The translations under genes were made by a program, and so were the position numbers. The notes below the pieces were generated by a model, which made no database searches, had not been told where the DNA came from, and worked only from the letters and a program-made list of their open reading frames with translations. This document shows, piece by piece, positions 28,356 to 39,002 of a DNA stretch of 64,000 bases; the first letter of the stretch is position 1, and every line of letters starts with the position of its first letter. Source of the stretch: an uncultured bacterium. Lineage in GTDB: Bacteria; Omnitrophota; Omnitrophia; Omnitrophales; Aquincolibacteriaceae. The stretch is from positions 256,484 to 320,483 of the forward strand of contig CAYLPP010000001.1 in NCBI GenBank assembly GCA_964385615.1, read 5' to 3'.

Positions 28356-28832
28356 TTATTCGTTGGGATAAGGGACAATAATTTTACGGACAGGGTCTCC
28401 GTAAGAACCGTAACCGCGAAGAACCGACTCGAGAATAAAAAAGCACTGCCCCCGGCCCAGCACGGTTCTAAAAATGCGGACACGCTGTCCGCCGTCAAGG
28501 CTCCAGATATCAACGTACCCCTGCTTTTTGGTCATCCCGCTGAGATTCTCTGTTTTCCATTTATCGATTTGGCTGATCTGAAGGCTTTTGGTGCCAAGAT
28601 CCGGCCCGGGTCCCCGCACCTCAGTTTCAGTGACCGTAATTGTAAAAATCTTACGGACCAAGGTGAACCAGATCAAAACTTCAAGAACGTTTAAAATAGC
28701 GGCAATCGCGAGAAAACCCGTAAAAAACGTGGTGGAAACCGCGTAGATCAGCAGAAAAAAAACATCTGTGACAAGAATAATATCGATCAGGAATCTTCCG
28801 CGAGGAAAATAGCTTTTACTGGCTTCTGTCAT
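28356..28832 (-). CDS. membrane protein with C-terminal bacterial PH-like (bPH_2/YdbS-like) domain
   Basis: Two N-terminal TM helices followed by a TITVTE…GYVDIWSLDGGQRVRIF beta-rich segment resembling bPH_2. Tentative. Confidence 0.5.
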   Translation of the reverse strand: MTEASKSYFPRGRFLIDIILVTDVFFLLIYAVSTTFFTGFLAIAAILNVLEVLIWFTLVRKIFTITVTETEVRGPGPDLGTKSLQISQIDKWKTENLSGMTKKQGYVDIWSLDGGQRVRIFRTVLGRGQCFFILESVLRGYGSYGDPVRKIIVPYPNE

Positions 28833-29500
28833 GATTTCCCGATTTTGTTTTCTTCAAAAACCATTGCGATTGCTTCTCCTATCTTACGGTAAGTTTCAAC
28901 ATCCGGGTGCAATTCATCCGGAGTTCCGGCTAACTTCCCCGGCTTATCAGGAGCTTCCGCGGCGCGGTAAGTATCGCAGAAAAGCATACCATGCTCCCGC
29001 GCGTATTCGCGGATCCACGCGTTAACACGCTGTACCCGCGCGGAAACCTCAGGAGTCATGAAATTATAGGGCAGAATGGAGCAAGCTAACACCGGAATTT
29101 TAGACTCCGAAGCTTTTCGGTAAATCATCTCCAAATTCTTCATGACAAAGTTCTCATCTCTGCCCTGATAAAGGTCGTTCACGCCGGCCATCACAATCAA
29201 AAATCCCGGCTTTTCAGCCAAAACGTCTTTGTCGAAACGCGCCAAAATCTGGTCCGACCTTTCCCCGCTAACCCCTTTATTTAAAATTCCCCAATCCGGA
29301 AACTTCTTATTCAGCCAGTATCCATATTGGCTTTCAGGATTCCCCTGTCCCCGCGGAGGCTTCATCACCGGCGAATCGAAACCCGGTGATCCGGCCGTAG
29401 TCGAGTCCCCCAGCGCGACAACCGTCATAGCGCGGGCAGGCGCGCAAAAACCCGCCGTCATCATAATTCCTCCTAAAAAAAAGAAAAGAAAATTCCGCAC
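28829..29500 (-). CDS. SGNH/GDSL-family hydrolase (secreted esterase/lipase-like)
   Basis: Signal peptide, then the block I motif VVALGDSTTAG and a C-terminal DxxH catalytic motif (DELHPD). Confidence 0.8.
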   Translation of the reverse strand: MRNFLFFFLGGIMMTAGFCAPARAMTVVALGDSTTAGSPGFDSPVMKPPRGQGNPESQYGYWLNKKFPDWGILNKGVSGERSDQILARFDKDVLAEKPGFLIVMAGVNDLYQGRDENFVMKNLEMIYRKASESKIPVLACSILPYNFMTPEVSARVQRVNAWIREYAREHGMLFCDTYRAAEAPDKPGKLAGTPDELHPDVETYRKIGEAIAMVFEENKIGKS

Positions 29501-29506
29501 TAAACC

Positions 29507-30421
29507 TCAGCTGATCTTTTTTAAAACCGTGGAATGTTTATGAACTTCGTGGCGAACGGCATTTCTTCCCGATTTTTTGGCGGTGTACATAAGACGGTCC
29601 GCGAGCTGGATCATTTTTTCAACGGAAGCCGGAGGAGAAGCACACGTAACAACCCCGATACTCACCGTCACGGGCCAGCGGTTCTGATCCATTTTCTGCC
29701 TTAAAATTTTCTGAATGCGCGCCACTGCAAGCCGCGAAGCCTCGTAATCCGCTTCAGGCATCAGCAGTCCGAATTCATCGCCGCCCAGCCGAACGGCAAT
29801 ATCGGTACTGCGGATATTCCCGGAAAGGGTTTCAGCGAAAATCTTCAGAAGTTTGTTGCCCGTGTGATGCCCCAGCGTGTCATTTACTTTTTTGAAACGA
29901 TCGCAGTCGAGAAAAGCGAAGCTGAGAGGCCGGCCGTAGCGCCGGGCACGGCTTAACTCGACTCCCGCCAACTCGAAGAAAGCCTGACGATTGGCAAGCC
30001 CCGTTAAATAGTCGCGTCTCGCGAATTTTTTTTCACGGTCCAGACTGTGAAGGATTCCCACGACACAGGCGAAAAAATAAAACCGGACCGCGGCACTCCC
30101 CGCGAAAACCCAGGGATGACTTCCGGGTAATTCAAACCAGGAATCCGCCCAAAGCCAGCTTCCGGTTCCCGCCAGCGAGGCCGCCAATCCCCAATAATTT
30201 CCGGCAGCGCGCGTGACCATAAAAATGGAAAGGAAATAGAAAAGAGAAAGACCCAATTGGCGCCGGGTCAGAATTTCAGCAAAAGTAATGACGGGTATCA
30301 GTAAAAAGCCAAGGGTTGTAAGGAAGGCCCGGGAATATTTTTTGCGGGCATCCCAAGGCCGGAAGACAGGCGTTTCCTTCGCCGCCTCCATAAGCCGGGC
30401 TTTTAAAAGGGCTTTGATCAT
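29507..30421 (-). CDS. membrane-anchored diguanylate cyclase (GGDEF domain)
   Basis: N-terminal TM segments and C-terminal GGDEF with intact RLGGDEFGLL active site and RxxD I-site. Confidence 0.85.
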   Translation of the reverse strand: MIKALLKARLMEAAKETPVFRPWDARKKYSRAFLTTLGFLLIPVITFAEILTRRQLGLSLFYFLSIFMVTRAAGNYWGLAASLAGTGSWLWADSWFELPGSHPWVFAGSAAVRFYFFACVVGILHSLDREKKFARRDYLTGLANRQAFFELAGVELSRARRYGRPLSFAFLDCDRFKKVNDTLGHHTGNKLLKIFAETLSGNIRSTDIAVRLGGDEFGLLMPEADYEASRLAVARIQKILRQKMDQNRWPVTVSIGVVTCASPPASVEKMIQLADRLMYTAKKSGRNAVRHEVHKHSTVLKKIS

Positions 30422-30476
30422 GCCTATTTTATCGGCTTTTTGGTTTTCGGGGTGAAGGGGGCTTTATTAAGGGCCC

Positions 30477-30716
30477 TTAGCTCCGAAAACGCGTCCAAAG
30501 TTCTAAAGCCCACTGTCCCAATGGGGTTTCCGCCGGATGATGATAAAAATCGAGGTACCGTTGAAGGTACTGAGAAGAAGTCTCACCTCCCAGCAAAACC
30601 CGAAAAATCCAGCCTAGGGCGAAAAGGGCAAAAACGGCAATCAGGATGGATAATAGGAAAGAAATAATTGCCCCAATAAAAGACACCGCGGCTCGAATCA
30701 GTTTCCACAGAAACAA
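30477..30716 (-). CDS. small hypothetical membrane protein (79 aa)
   Basis: Two predicted TM helices; no known domain. Coding status is uncertain. Confidence 0.4.
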   Translation of the reverse strand: MFLWKLIRAAVSFIGAIISFLLSILIAVFALFALGWIFRVLLGGETSSQYLQRYLDFYHHPAETPLGQWALELWTRFRS

Positions 30717-30745
30717 ATCCGCACCTCCGTTACAAAACGCTGTTC

Positions 30746-32008
30746 TTATTGAGTAACAAACGAAGGAATGGTCTCCCCTTCAAGGAGGCTTGCCACGGTT
30801 TCCCGCTTGCGGACTACGGCAAATTTATTTCCCTTAACCAGAACTTCCACGGGACGCGGATGGGAATTGTAGTTCGACGACATGACAAAACCATAAGCAC
30901 CGGCACTCATGAAAGCGACAAGATCTCCCGATTTCAATTCCTGAATGTGCCGTTCTTTGGCCAGAAAGTCGCCACTCTCGCAGATAGGCCCGACCACATC
31001 GTAAACCCACTTCGAGCTTTTCTCATTTTTAGTCAGCGGATAAACTTCATGATGCGCGCCGTAAAGCGTGGGGCGGATCAGGCTGTTCATACCCGTATCG
31101 ATAATCGCGAAATTCTTAACCTTGGTCTGTTTGATGTAAAGAACCTTGCTGACCAGGATACCGCCGTTAGCGGAAATAAACCGGCCGGGTTCAAAAATAA
31201 CCTGATATTTCCGCCCGCGGAAAAGAGGCAGTACATTTTTAGCGAATTCTTCAGCCGTTTGGGGATTTTCGGTACTGTAAATCACGCCCAGTCCGCCTCC
31301 AAGATTTAGAAACTTAATCTTAACCTTATCTTTCTCAAGTTCATCAATAAATGCCAGAACTTTCCAGAAAGCTTCAACAAACGGCTGACCGGTTACGATC
31401 TGAGAGCCGATATGCACGTGAATACCGCAGATTGAAAGGTTCGAATAATGCGCGCGGCGGTGAAAAACACCGCGGGCCGTGTCCAGATCCATGCCGAATT
31501 TGCTCTCCGCTTTTCCGGTCGCGATATGATCATGCGTCTTGGGGTCAACGCCGGGATTGATGCGGAGTGAAATGTTCGCGGTTTTTTTCAAACGCTTGGC
31601 GACGGCATTAATCGCATCCAGCTCAGGAACGGATTCAACGTTAAAAAGCAGAATCCCGTAACGGATCGCCTGCTCAATTTCATCCTCAGTTTTTCCCACG
31701 CCCGCGTAAACAATTTTCTCAGGCGGACAGCCTGCCTTTTTCGCGCGGTAAAGTTCACCGCCCGAAACAATGTCCAGCCCCGCGCCTTTGGCAACCAGAG
31801 ATTTCAGGATGGCCAGATTGGAATTGGCCTTCATGGAATAGCAGATCAGCGGCTTAACCGATTTAAACGCCTTTTGAATTTTAGCCAAATGCTCCGTGAA
31901 TGTTTTGTGGCTGTAAATATAAACGGGGGTTCCGACCTTTTCCGCGATATCACGGACGCGGACCTTTTCACAATAAAGTTCGTTTCCAGAATAAAAAAAA
32001 TCGTGCAT
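30746..32008 (-). CDS. lysA: diaminopimelate decarboxylase
   Basis: 420 aa; fold-III PLP decarboxylase with the CYSMKAN lysine motif and C-terminal ESGD region typical of LysA. Confidence 0.95.
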   Translation of the reverse strand: MHDFFYSGNELYCEKVRVRDIAEKVGTPVYIYSHKTFTEHLAKIQKAFKSVKPLICYSMKANSNLAILKSLVAKGAGLDIVSGGELYRAKKAGCPPEKIVYAGVGKTEDEIEQAIRYGILLFNVESVPELDAINAVAKRLKKTANISLRINPGVDPKTHDHIATGKAESKFGMDLDTARGVFHRRAHYSNLSICGIHVHIGSQIVTGQPFVEAFWKVLAFIDELEKDKVKIKFLNLGGGLGVIYSTENPQTAEEFAKNVLPLFRGRKYQVIFEPGRFISANGGILVSKVLYIKQTKVKNFAIIDTGMNSLIRPTLYGAHHEVYPLTKNEKSSKWVYDVVGPICESGDFLAKERHIQELKSGDLVAFMSAGAYGFVMSSNYNSHPRPVEVLVKGNKFAVVRKRETVASLLEGETIPSFVTQ

Positions 32009-32028
32009 GAACCAGCTCCTTCTTTCTT

Positions 32029-33411
32029 TTAACCGCGGAATTTTTTCTGCCAGCCGGCAATTTCCTGCTTAACCCGCGCGGGGTGAGTACTGCCGATGGT
32101 TTTTTTGGCATTCACCGAAACCTGCGGGTCGAAAAGTTCGTAAACCCGGGAATCGAAAAACTTCGAAAAGGTTTTCCATTCATTCATTGAAAGCTCACGA
32201 ATCTGTTTGTCGGCGTCCTGCGCGTAGCGGACAACTTTACCGACCGTTTCATGCGCTTCCGAAAAAGCCGCGCCCTTGCAAACCAGGTATTCCAGAATAT
32301 CCGTCGCGAAAAGCGTGTCATCCAAAACCGATTCGGCCAAAGCCCGCGGTTTAAAAGACACGGTTTCAACTGTCAGCGCGAGGAGTTCAAGCGCCATCAG
32401 AGTTTTCCGGGAAGCTTCAAATACCGCAGGTTTATCTTCCTGAAGATCCCGGTTGTACGCCAACGGCAGGCCTTTCTGCAGAGTCAAAATCGCCTGAAGA
32501 TTGGAGAACACCACGCCCGCCCGGCCGCGGACCAGTTCAAACACGTCCGGATTTTTTTTCTGAGGCATCAGGCTCGAGCCCGTCGCGAACGCGTCATCCA
32601 GCTCGATGTAGCCGAAAGCTTCTGAGTTCCACAAAATAAAATCTTCCGAAAGACGCGACAAATGAACCCAGAGAATCGAAACCGCGCTTAAAAATTCCGC
32701 GAGAAAACCACGGTCACTCGTCGCCGCCATGCTGTTGGAGGCAATTTTAGAAAAACCCAGTTCTTTGGCGACCGACTTTTGATCCAGAGGCAGCGCGGAA
32801 CCGGCCAGAGCGGCGGAGCCTAAAGGCATGACATTGACCCGTTTGAGCGCGTCCGCGAGACGTTCCCGGTCTTCTTCAATCATTTCAACATATGCCAGCA
32901 GGTGATGCGCGACAAGCACCGGCTGGGCTTTACGAAGGTGTGTCATACCGGCAAAAACCCGCTCTTCCGCCTTGACCGCGAGTTTCACAAGCGCCTTCTG
33001 CAGACCCCGGGTTCCGGCAAGAATCCCTTCCATTTTTTCACGCAGGCAAACCCGCGTGGAAGTCACCACAAGATCATTACGGCTCCGGCCTGTGTGAATC
33101 TTTTTAGCCACGGCACCGGCTTTTTTTTCGACAAAAGACTGCACCAGACTGTGCACGTCTTCATATTCCCTCATGTATTCACAAAGCGGTTTGCCTTTCA
33201 ATTCTTTCTCAACGGAATTCAGGGCGCGCACAATTTTCCCGGCTTCGCTTTTCTTGATAATCCCCGTCCGGCCGAGCATTTTCGCCCAGGCCCGGTTAAC
33301 CCGGAGCTCAGCGGACAAAAGCTCCCCGTCAACAGCCAGTGAATAACTGAAGCATTTTAAAGCAGGATGCATTTCTTTTTTGAAACGCCCGCCCCACATC
33401 CCTTTTTTCAT
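32029..33411 (-). CDS. argH: argininosuccinate lyase
   Basis: GSSLMPQKKNPDVFELVRG signature of the fumarate-lyase family, ArgH type. The start is placed at MKKGMWGGRF; the ORF extends to 33438. Confidence 0.9.
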   Translation of the reverse strand: MKKGMWGGRFKKEMHPALKCFSYSLAVDGELLSAELRVNRAWAKMLGRTGIIKKSEAGKIVRALNSVEKELKGKPLCEYMREYEDVHSLVQSFVEKKAGAVAKKIHTGRSRNDLVVTSTRVCLREKMEGILAGTRGLQKALVKLAVKAEERVFAGMTHLRKAQPVLVAHHLLAYVEMIEEDRERLADALKRVNVMPLGSAALAGSALPLDQKSVAKELGFSKIASNSMAATSDRGFLAEFLSAVSILWVHLSRLSEDFILWNSEAFGYIELDDAFATGSSLMPQKKNPDVFELVRGRAGVVFSNLQAILTLQKGLPLAYNRDLQEDKPAVFEASRKTLMALELLALTVETVSFKPRALAESVLDDTLFATDILEYLVCKGAAFSEAHETVGKVVRYAQDADKQIRELSMNEWKTFSKFFDSRVYELFDPQVSVNAKKTIGSTHPARVKQEIAGWQKKFRG

Positions 33412-33484
33412 ATGAGTATGTCCTTTGTTTAACTGCACCCGCGAATGTGCCCGCGTTAACCTGGCGCGCGCAGCGCGGCAGGCA

Positions 33485-34684
33485 TTAATGGGCTTTTGTT
33501 TTTCGGCTCCCGAGTCCCTCGTATGGGAGCCCCCAGATTTTCATAAACCCTTCCGCGGATTTACGGTCAAAAATATCGCCTTCGGAATAAGTCGCGAGTT
33601 TTTCGGAATAAAGCGAAAACGGAGACTTACGGCCCACGATAATCGCATGGCCTTTTTCAAGTCTCATCCGTATTTTTCCGGTCACGCGCTTCTGATTCGA
33701 CGCGAAGAAATGGTCGAGCGAATCTTTCAGAGGCGAAAACCACAGACCGAAATAAACCAGTTCCGCGTACTTTTCGGAAAGCAGTTTCTTGTAGTGGCTG
33801 TACTCCCGGTCCATGACCATGCCTTCAAGGTCTTCATGCGCCTTAATCAGCACATGCGCGGCCGGAGCTTCATAAACCTCACGGCTCTTGATGCCGACCA
33901 GCCGGTTTTCGATCTGGTCAAAACGGCCCACACCGTAAGCGCCCGCGATTTCATTCAGTTCCTCGATCAGCTTCACAAAACCTTTGGCTTTGCCATCAAG
34001 CTTGACCGGAACACCTTCTTCAAAATCAATCTCGATATAACGGGGCTTGTTTGGAACCTTGTCTAAACCGCGGGTCATGACGTAAGCGTCTTCGGGCGGT
34101 TCCTGCATGGGGTTCTCAAGAATACCGGCTTCAATCGCGATGCCCCAAATGTTCTTGTCGATCGAGTACGGAGTTTTCTTGGTCGCGTCCACAGGAATAT
34201 TATTCTTCTTCGCGTATTCAATTTCTTCTTCGCGGGTTTTAAATTCCCAGGTGCGCAGAGGCGCGATGATTTTCAATTTCGGATTCAGCGTGCGGACCCC
34301 GACTTCGATACGGACCTGATCGTTGCCTTTCCCCGTGCAGCCGTGGGCGATGTATTCCGCTTTTTCTTTTTCAGCAACCTGAACCAGATGCTTGGCAATC
34401 AGCGGACGGCCAAGCGCGGTCGCGAGAGGATAACCGCCTTCATAACGCGCGTGCGCCCAAAGCGCCGGCATGAGGAAATCCCGGGCAAACTCTTCCTTGA
34501 GATCTTCAATGTAAACCGTGGTGGAACCGGCCGCATTCGCGCGGGTGATCAGTTTTTTCTTATCGCTAACTTCTCCGATAAATGCTGAAAAACAGACGAC
34601 TTCAAAGCCGTACTGATCCTGAAGCCATTTAACCGCGCATGAGGTGTCGAGACCGCCCGAATAAGCCAAAACTACTTTCTTCAT
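33485..34684 (-). CDS. argG: argininosuccinate synthase
   Basis: MKKVVLAYSGGLDTS PP-loop start; 399 aa. The ORF track's 40-codon upstream extension is unlikely to be coding. Confidence 0.9.
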   Translation of the reverse strand: MKKVVLAYSGGLDTSCAVKWLQDQYGFEVVCFSAFIGEVSDKKKLITRANAAGSTTVYIEDLKEEFARDFLMPALWAHARYEGGYPLATALGRPLIAKHLVQVAEKEKAEYIAHGCTGKGNDQVRIEVGVRTLNPKLKIIAPLRTWEFKTREEEIEYAKKNNIPVDATKKTPYSIDKNIWGIAIEAGILENPMQEPPEDAYVMTRGLDKVPNKPRYIEIDFEEGVPVKLDGKAKGFVKLIEELNEIAGAYGVGRFDQIENRLVGIKSREVYEAPAAHVLIKAHEDLEGMVMDREYSHYKKLLSEKYAELVYFGLWFSPLKDSLDHFFASNQKRVTGKIRMRLEKGHAIIVGRKSPFSLYSEKLATYSEGDIFDRKSAEGFMKIWGLPYEGLGSRKTKAH

Positions 34685-34797
34685 TTTAAATCTCCTTAAT
34701 GAGCGCAAGATTTGCGGAGCCGAAGGCACCGCCAAATCTCCCGCGCGAATTAACCCCAGGAGCCCGCGGCCTAGCGGGCGACGTGGGATTTCAAATA

Positions 34798-35724
34798 TCA
34801 AATTCCGATAAGATGCAAAAGAATCGCTTTTTGAATGTGTAACCGGTTTTCCGCCTGATCAAAAACCACGGAATTCTTACTTTCCATGACTTCATCCGTG
34901 ATTTCTTCTCCGCGGTGCGCGGGCAGGCAGTGCATCACCAGAACATTTTTCTTGGCATGACTAAGCAGTTTACGGTTGATCTGCATCCCTGAAAACTCTC
35001 TCATTTTTCGCGCCCGAATTTTCTCCTCACCCATACTGACCCAGACATCGGTATAAATCACGTCGGCATTTTTTACCGCCTGAGCGGGATCCAGGAAGCC
35101 TTCAATAACGGCCCCCGTTTTCCTGGCAATTCCACGGGCCTCATTCAGCACAGCCGGAGAAGGTTTATATTTTGCCGGCGTCGCGTAACGGATATGCCCG
35201 CCGGTTTTAGCGGCAAGAAGCACGAGCGAATTAAAAACATTGTTGCCGTCGCCCACAAAAACCACAATAGGCTTTGATTTTGTTCCCAGTTTTTCACGGA
35301 TCGTCAGATAGTCCGCCAAAGCCTGACAAGGGTGCTCAAAATCAGACAAACCGTTGATCACCGGTTTATCAAAATATTTTTCAAACTCCGTGATGGTCTT
35401 ATGCGCGAAAGTCCGGAGAATCACGCCCGACAAGTAGCGGTTAAGTACGCGGGCAATGTCGCGCACTTCTTCACGCACTCCGAGCTTAATATCATCCGGG
35501 CCCAAATAAATCGCCGACCCGCCCATGGAAAAAATCCCGGTTTGAAAAGAAACCCAAGTCCGGGTTGATGGTTTTTCAAAGATCAGGCCGAATGTTTTCC
35601 CTTTAAGGGCCTCGCCGTATTTCCTGGGGGTTTTCTTTAGTTTCGAAGCCAGCGAAAAAATACTTTCGATTTCCTGGGCCGACAAATCATTAATTGAAAG
35701 AAGGTGTGCCCGGGAGGTTTTCAT
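34798..35724 (-). CDS. argF: ornithine carbamoyltransferase
   Basis: 308 aa; STRTW carbamoyl-phosphate motif and HCLP ornithine-binding motif. Confidence 0.9.
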   Translation of the reverse strand: MKTSRAHLLSINDLSAQEIESIFSLASKLKKTPRKYGEALKGKTFGLIFEKPSTRTWVSFQTGIFSMGGSAIYLGPDDIKLGVREEVRDIARVLNRYLSGVILRTFAHKTITEFEKYFDKPVINGLSDFEHPCQALADYLTIREKLGTKSKPIVVFVGDGNNVFNSLVLLAAKTGGHIRYATPAKYKPSPAVLNEARGIARKTGAVIEGFLDPAQAVKNADVIYTDVWVSMGEEKIRARKMREFSGMQINRKLLSHAKKNVLVMHCLPAHRGEEITDEVMESKNSVVFDQAENRLHIQKAILLHLIGI

Positions 35725-36911
35725 GACGCCTCCTGCAGTGTTTTTTCAAGAATAGCCATTCCTTTGTCGAGCAAAGTTTTAGTGACAGTCATCGCGGGCA
35801 TAATCCGCAAAACTTTTTCTTGGGTGCAGTTGATTAAAAGACCGTGGTCACGGGCCTTGTCCGCAATCGCGGCTCCAGGCACGGAAAGCTCAAGCGCCCG
35901 CATCAGCCCCATGCCTTTGACCTTCACGATCAAATTGGGAAATTTCTGACGGAGGGTTTCCATTTTTTTACCGAGGTAATCCCCCATCTTCACGGTATTG
36001 GCCAGAAGTTTTTCCTGCTTCACGGCTTTAAATACCGCGAGCGCGGCCGCGCAAACCAGCGGGTTACCGCCGTAAGTTGACGCGTGAGTACCTGGAGTAA
36101 AAACTTCTTTTTTGATTTTTTTATTGGCCACCAGCGCCCCGATCGGAACGCCATTGCCGAAAGATTTAGCCAGAGTCATCAGGTCGGGTTCAATACCGTA
36201 GTGCTGGTAAGCGAACATTTTCCCGGTCCGCCCCATGCCGGTCTGGACCTCATCCAGAATCAGAAGCATATCTTTTTCATCGCAAATCTTCCGCAGGGCC
36301 TTCATAAACTCCGGAGCGGCAACATTCACGCCGCCTTCCCCTTGAATGGGCTCCAGAAAAATCGCGATGGTTTTATCCGTTATCTGGCTTTTGACCGATT
36401 CCAGATCATTCAATTCCGCGTATTTAAAACCCGCGGGCAGCGGTTCGAACCCTTTTTTAACCTTATCCTGCCCCGTCGCGGCAATTGCCGCCAGCGTGCG
36501 CCCGTGAAAGGATTGTTTCATGGTGATAATTTCATACCGGCCGGAATCATGGCCGTACTTGCGGGCAAATTTCACGGCGGCTTCGGTCGCTTCGGCGCCG
36601 GAATTACAGAAAAAAGACCGGGCCGGAAAAGACGCTTTCGAAATGGCTTCCGCCAGCAGAGCCTGTTTGGGATTCAGAAAATTATTGGAGACATGAAACA
36701 TTTTCCGCGCCTGTTCTTTCACGGCATTCACAACCGCGGGGTGACAATGGCCGAGGCCGGAAACCGCCCATCCGGGGAAAAAATCGAGATATTCTCTACC
36801 TTCCAAATCCCAGACGCGCGAACCCTTGCCTTTAACCAGGCAGACGGAAACCTGCGTGTAGGTCGGAAGAACGTACTGCTGATAGAGAGCCTGAATGTCT
36901 TTAGTTTTCAT
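35721..36911 (-). CDS. argD: acetylornithine aminotransferase
   Basis: 396 aa class-III aminotransferase with a [17 protein letters not shown]-lysine region. Confidence 0.9.
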   Translation of the reverse strand: MKTKDIQALYQQYVLPTYTQVSVCLVKGKGSRVWDLEGREYLDFFPGWAVSGLGHCHPAVVNAVKEQARKMFHVSNNFLNPKQALLAEAISKASFPARSFFCNSGAEATEAAVKFARKYGHDSGRYEIITMKQSFHGRTLAAIAATGQDKVKKGFEPLPAGFKYAELNDLESVKSQITDKTIAIFLEPIQGEGGVNVAAPEFMKALRKICDEKDMLLILDEVQTGMGRTGKMFAYQHYGIEPDLMTLAKSFGNGVPIGALVANKKIKKEVFTPGTHASTYGGNPLVCAAALAVFKAVKQEKLLANTVKMGDYLGKKMETLRQKFPNLIVKVKGMGLMRALELSVPGAAIADKARDHGLLINCTQEKVLRIMPAMTVTKTLLDKGMAILEKTLQEAS

Positions 36912-36919
36912 GGTAAAAG

Positions 36920-37780
36920 TTAAGACGGAAGGTAAATTTCAGTACCAATACCCTGATCGGTGAAAATTTCAAGAAGCAGGGAGTGCGGAATGCGTCCGTC
37001 GATAATATGGGCTTTTTTGACTCCGCCGCGCAAGGCGTTAATGCAGGAACGAACTTTCGGAATCATACCGCCTGAAATAACTTTTTTACGGATCATGTCT
37101 TCAGCTTCATCCGCGCTGACGGAAGAATAAAGAGAACTTTCCACCGCAGGATCACCCATGATCCCCCGGACATTGGTCAAAACAATCAATTTCTGCACGC
37201 CCATCGCGATCGCGATTTTAGCCGCGGCTTCATCGGCGTTCACGTTATAAGTCTCGCCTTTTTCATCAATCCCGACAGGATAAACCACAGGAATAATATT
37301 GAACTCTGTCAATTCTTTAAGCGGCATGAGATTCACGGAAGTCACATCGCCGACATAGCCGACATCGCCTTCAGCCGTATGCTTGATCACGTTTAGAATT
37401 TCCGCGTCGTGACCCGAAAGACCGATTGCCCGCGCGCCAAACCGGTTGATATCGTGAACAATATTCATGTTCAATTCCGCAAGCGTGTCCACAACCACAT
37501 CAATGGTTTCCTTGGTGGTTACGCGCAGACCGTTAACAAACTCAGACTGCACGCCGCGTTTTTTCAAGTTTTCGGTGATAAAAATTCCGCCGCCGTGGAT
37601 CAGGATAGGCTTGATTCCGACATAGTTCAGAAACACCAGGTCCTGAAGAACATTGTTGCGGATATCTTCAAAGGTGAGAGCCGCGCCTCCGTACTTAATG
37701 AGGACTTCCTTGCCGCGGAATTTCTTAATGTACGGCAGGGCTTCAATCAGGATGCTGGCTTTTTCGACGAGTTCCTGCAT
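36920..37780 (-). CDS. argB: acetylglutamate kinase
   Basis: 286 aa amino-acid kinase with KYGGAA / IHGGG motifs. Confidence 0.9.
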   Translation of the reverse strand: MQELVEKASILIEALPYIKKFRGKEVLIKYGGAALTFEDIRNNVLQDLVFLNYVGIKPILIHGGGIFITENLKKRGVQSEFVNGLRVTTKETIDVVVDTLAELNMNIVHDINRFGARAIGLSGHDAEILNVIKHTAEGDVGYVGDVTSVNLMPLKELTEFNIIPVVYPVGIDEKGETYNVNADEAAAKIAIAMGVQKLIVLTNVRGIMGDPAVESSLYSSVSADEAEDMIRKKVISGGMIPKVRSCINALRGGVKKAHIIDGRIPHSLLLEIFTDQGIGTEIYLPS

Positions 37781-37781
37781 T

Positions 37782-39002
37782 TCAGGAGTAAGACGAATTG
37801 ATCAACACGTATTTCGTGGTCAAATCGGAGGTCACAAATTGCGCCCTCCCTCTTCCTTTCCCGATAGTCACGTCAATCGTATATTCTTTTTTCATCAAAA
37901 TCCGCCGGGCCTTGGGAAGGTTCAAAACTCTCAGCCGGCCATGGTGCACTACCATAGCATTTCCAATTGAAATATTCAAATGATCGGGATTGAAACCGAC
38001 CCCGCTGGCACCGATCGCCGCCACAATACGCCCCCAGTTGGCATCCGCGCCGGCAAGCATGGTCTTGAACAGCATCGAGTTGGCGATTTGGCGGGCCGCT
38101 TTTTCGGCTTCAGTCGGGTTCTTCGCTCCCGCGATCCGCAGTGTGCAGACATGGGTCACGCCTTCGCCGTCCTTGATCAATTCATAAGCAATAATCCGGC
38201 AAACCTCTTCAAGCGCTTCCCGGAAAAGCCGGTAATCTTTATCAACTTTCTGGATCGGCGTGTTTTTAGCTTCACCGCTGGCAAGAATCAGTACCGTATC
38301 GTTGGTGCTCATATCATTGTCAATCGCGATGGTATTAAAAGTATCATCAACGGCGTGGCGAATAGCCCGGCGCAGAAGAGGCTTCGTGATGGCGCAATCG
38401 GTGGTAATGAAGCATAGCATGGTGGCCATGTTCGGGTGGACCATCCCCGCGCCCTTCGCGCAGGCGCCGATCGTGACTTTCTTGTCGCCGATAAAAAAGG
38501 AAAGCGCGACTTCTTTGACGGAAAGATCCGTAGTTAAAATCCCCTTGCCGGCCATATACCCGCCGTCCGGAGAAAGTTTGCGTACGAGTTTAGGAATAGC
38601 TTTCTTGAAGCGCGTCACGGGAAACGGCACGCCGATCAGCCCGGTCTGAGCAATCAGAATTTCTTCTTCCCGAATCGCGAGTTCACGGGCCAGCTCCGCA
38701 ATACATTCAGAAACAGCCTGTTTGCCGTTGGGACCGTTCATACAGTTGGCATTACCGCTGGAAGCCAGAATGGCGTGGTGGCGAGCCGCCTGGATATTCC
38801 TCATAGACTGCTGGACCGGCCAGGCTTTCACCTTATTAATGGTAAACGTACCGGCCGCAATGCAGGGAATCCGGCTGAAAATCAGTGAGCAATCCGGGCG
38901 TTTTTTCTTCTTTTTAATGCCGGAATGCATCCCGCTGGCCAAAAATCCGAGCGGAGTGGTAACTCCTCCCCGCCGCCTTTTTTCCCAAAAAGGTTTTACC
39001 AT
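37782..39002 (-). CDS. argJ: bifunctional glutamate N-acetyltransferase / amino-acid acetyltransferase
   Basis: 406 aa with the ATMLCFITTD autoproteolysis/active-site motif of ArgJ. Confidence 0.9.
   Translation of the reverse strand: MVKPFWEKRRRGGVTTPLGFLASGMHSGIKKKKKRPDCSLIFSRIPCIAAGTFTINKVKAWPVQQSMRNIQAARHHAILASSGNANCMNGPNGKQAVSECIAELARELAIREEEILIAQTGLIGVPFPVTRFKKAIPKLVRKLSPDGGYMAGKGILTTDLSVKEVALSFFIGDKKVTIGACAKGAGMVHPNMATMLCFITTDCAITKPLLRRAIRHAVDDTFNTIAIDNDMSTNDTVLILASGEAKNTPIQKVDKDYRLFREALEEVCRIIAYELIKDGEGVTHVCTLRIAGAKNPTEAEKAARQIANSMLFKTMLAGADANWGRIVAAIGASGVGFNPDHLNISIGNAMVVHHGRLRVLNLPKARRILMKKEYTIDVTIGKGRGRAQFVTSDLTTKYVLINSSYS

Noticed and set aside
34685-34797. GC hairpin GCCCGC-GGCCTA-GCGGGC in the 113-nt argF-argG spacer as an attenuator or terminator
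   Set aside because: No U-tract follows on the minus strand and no leader peptide is evident. The evidence is insufficient.
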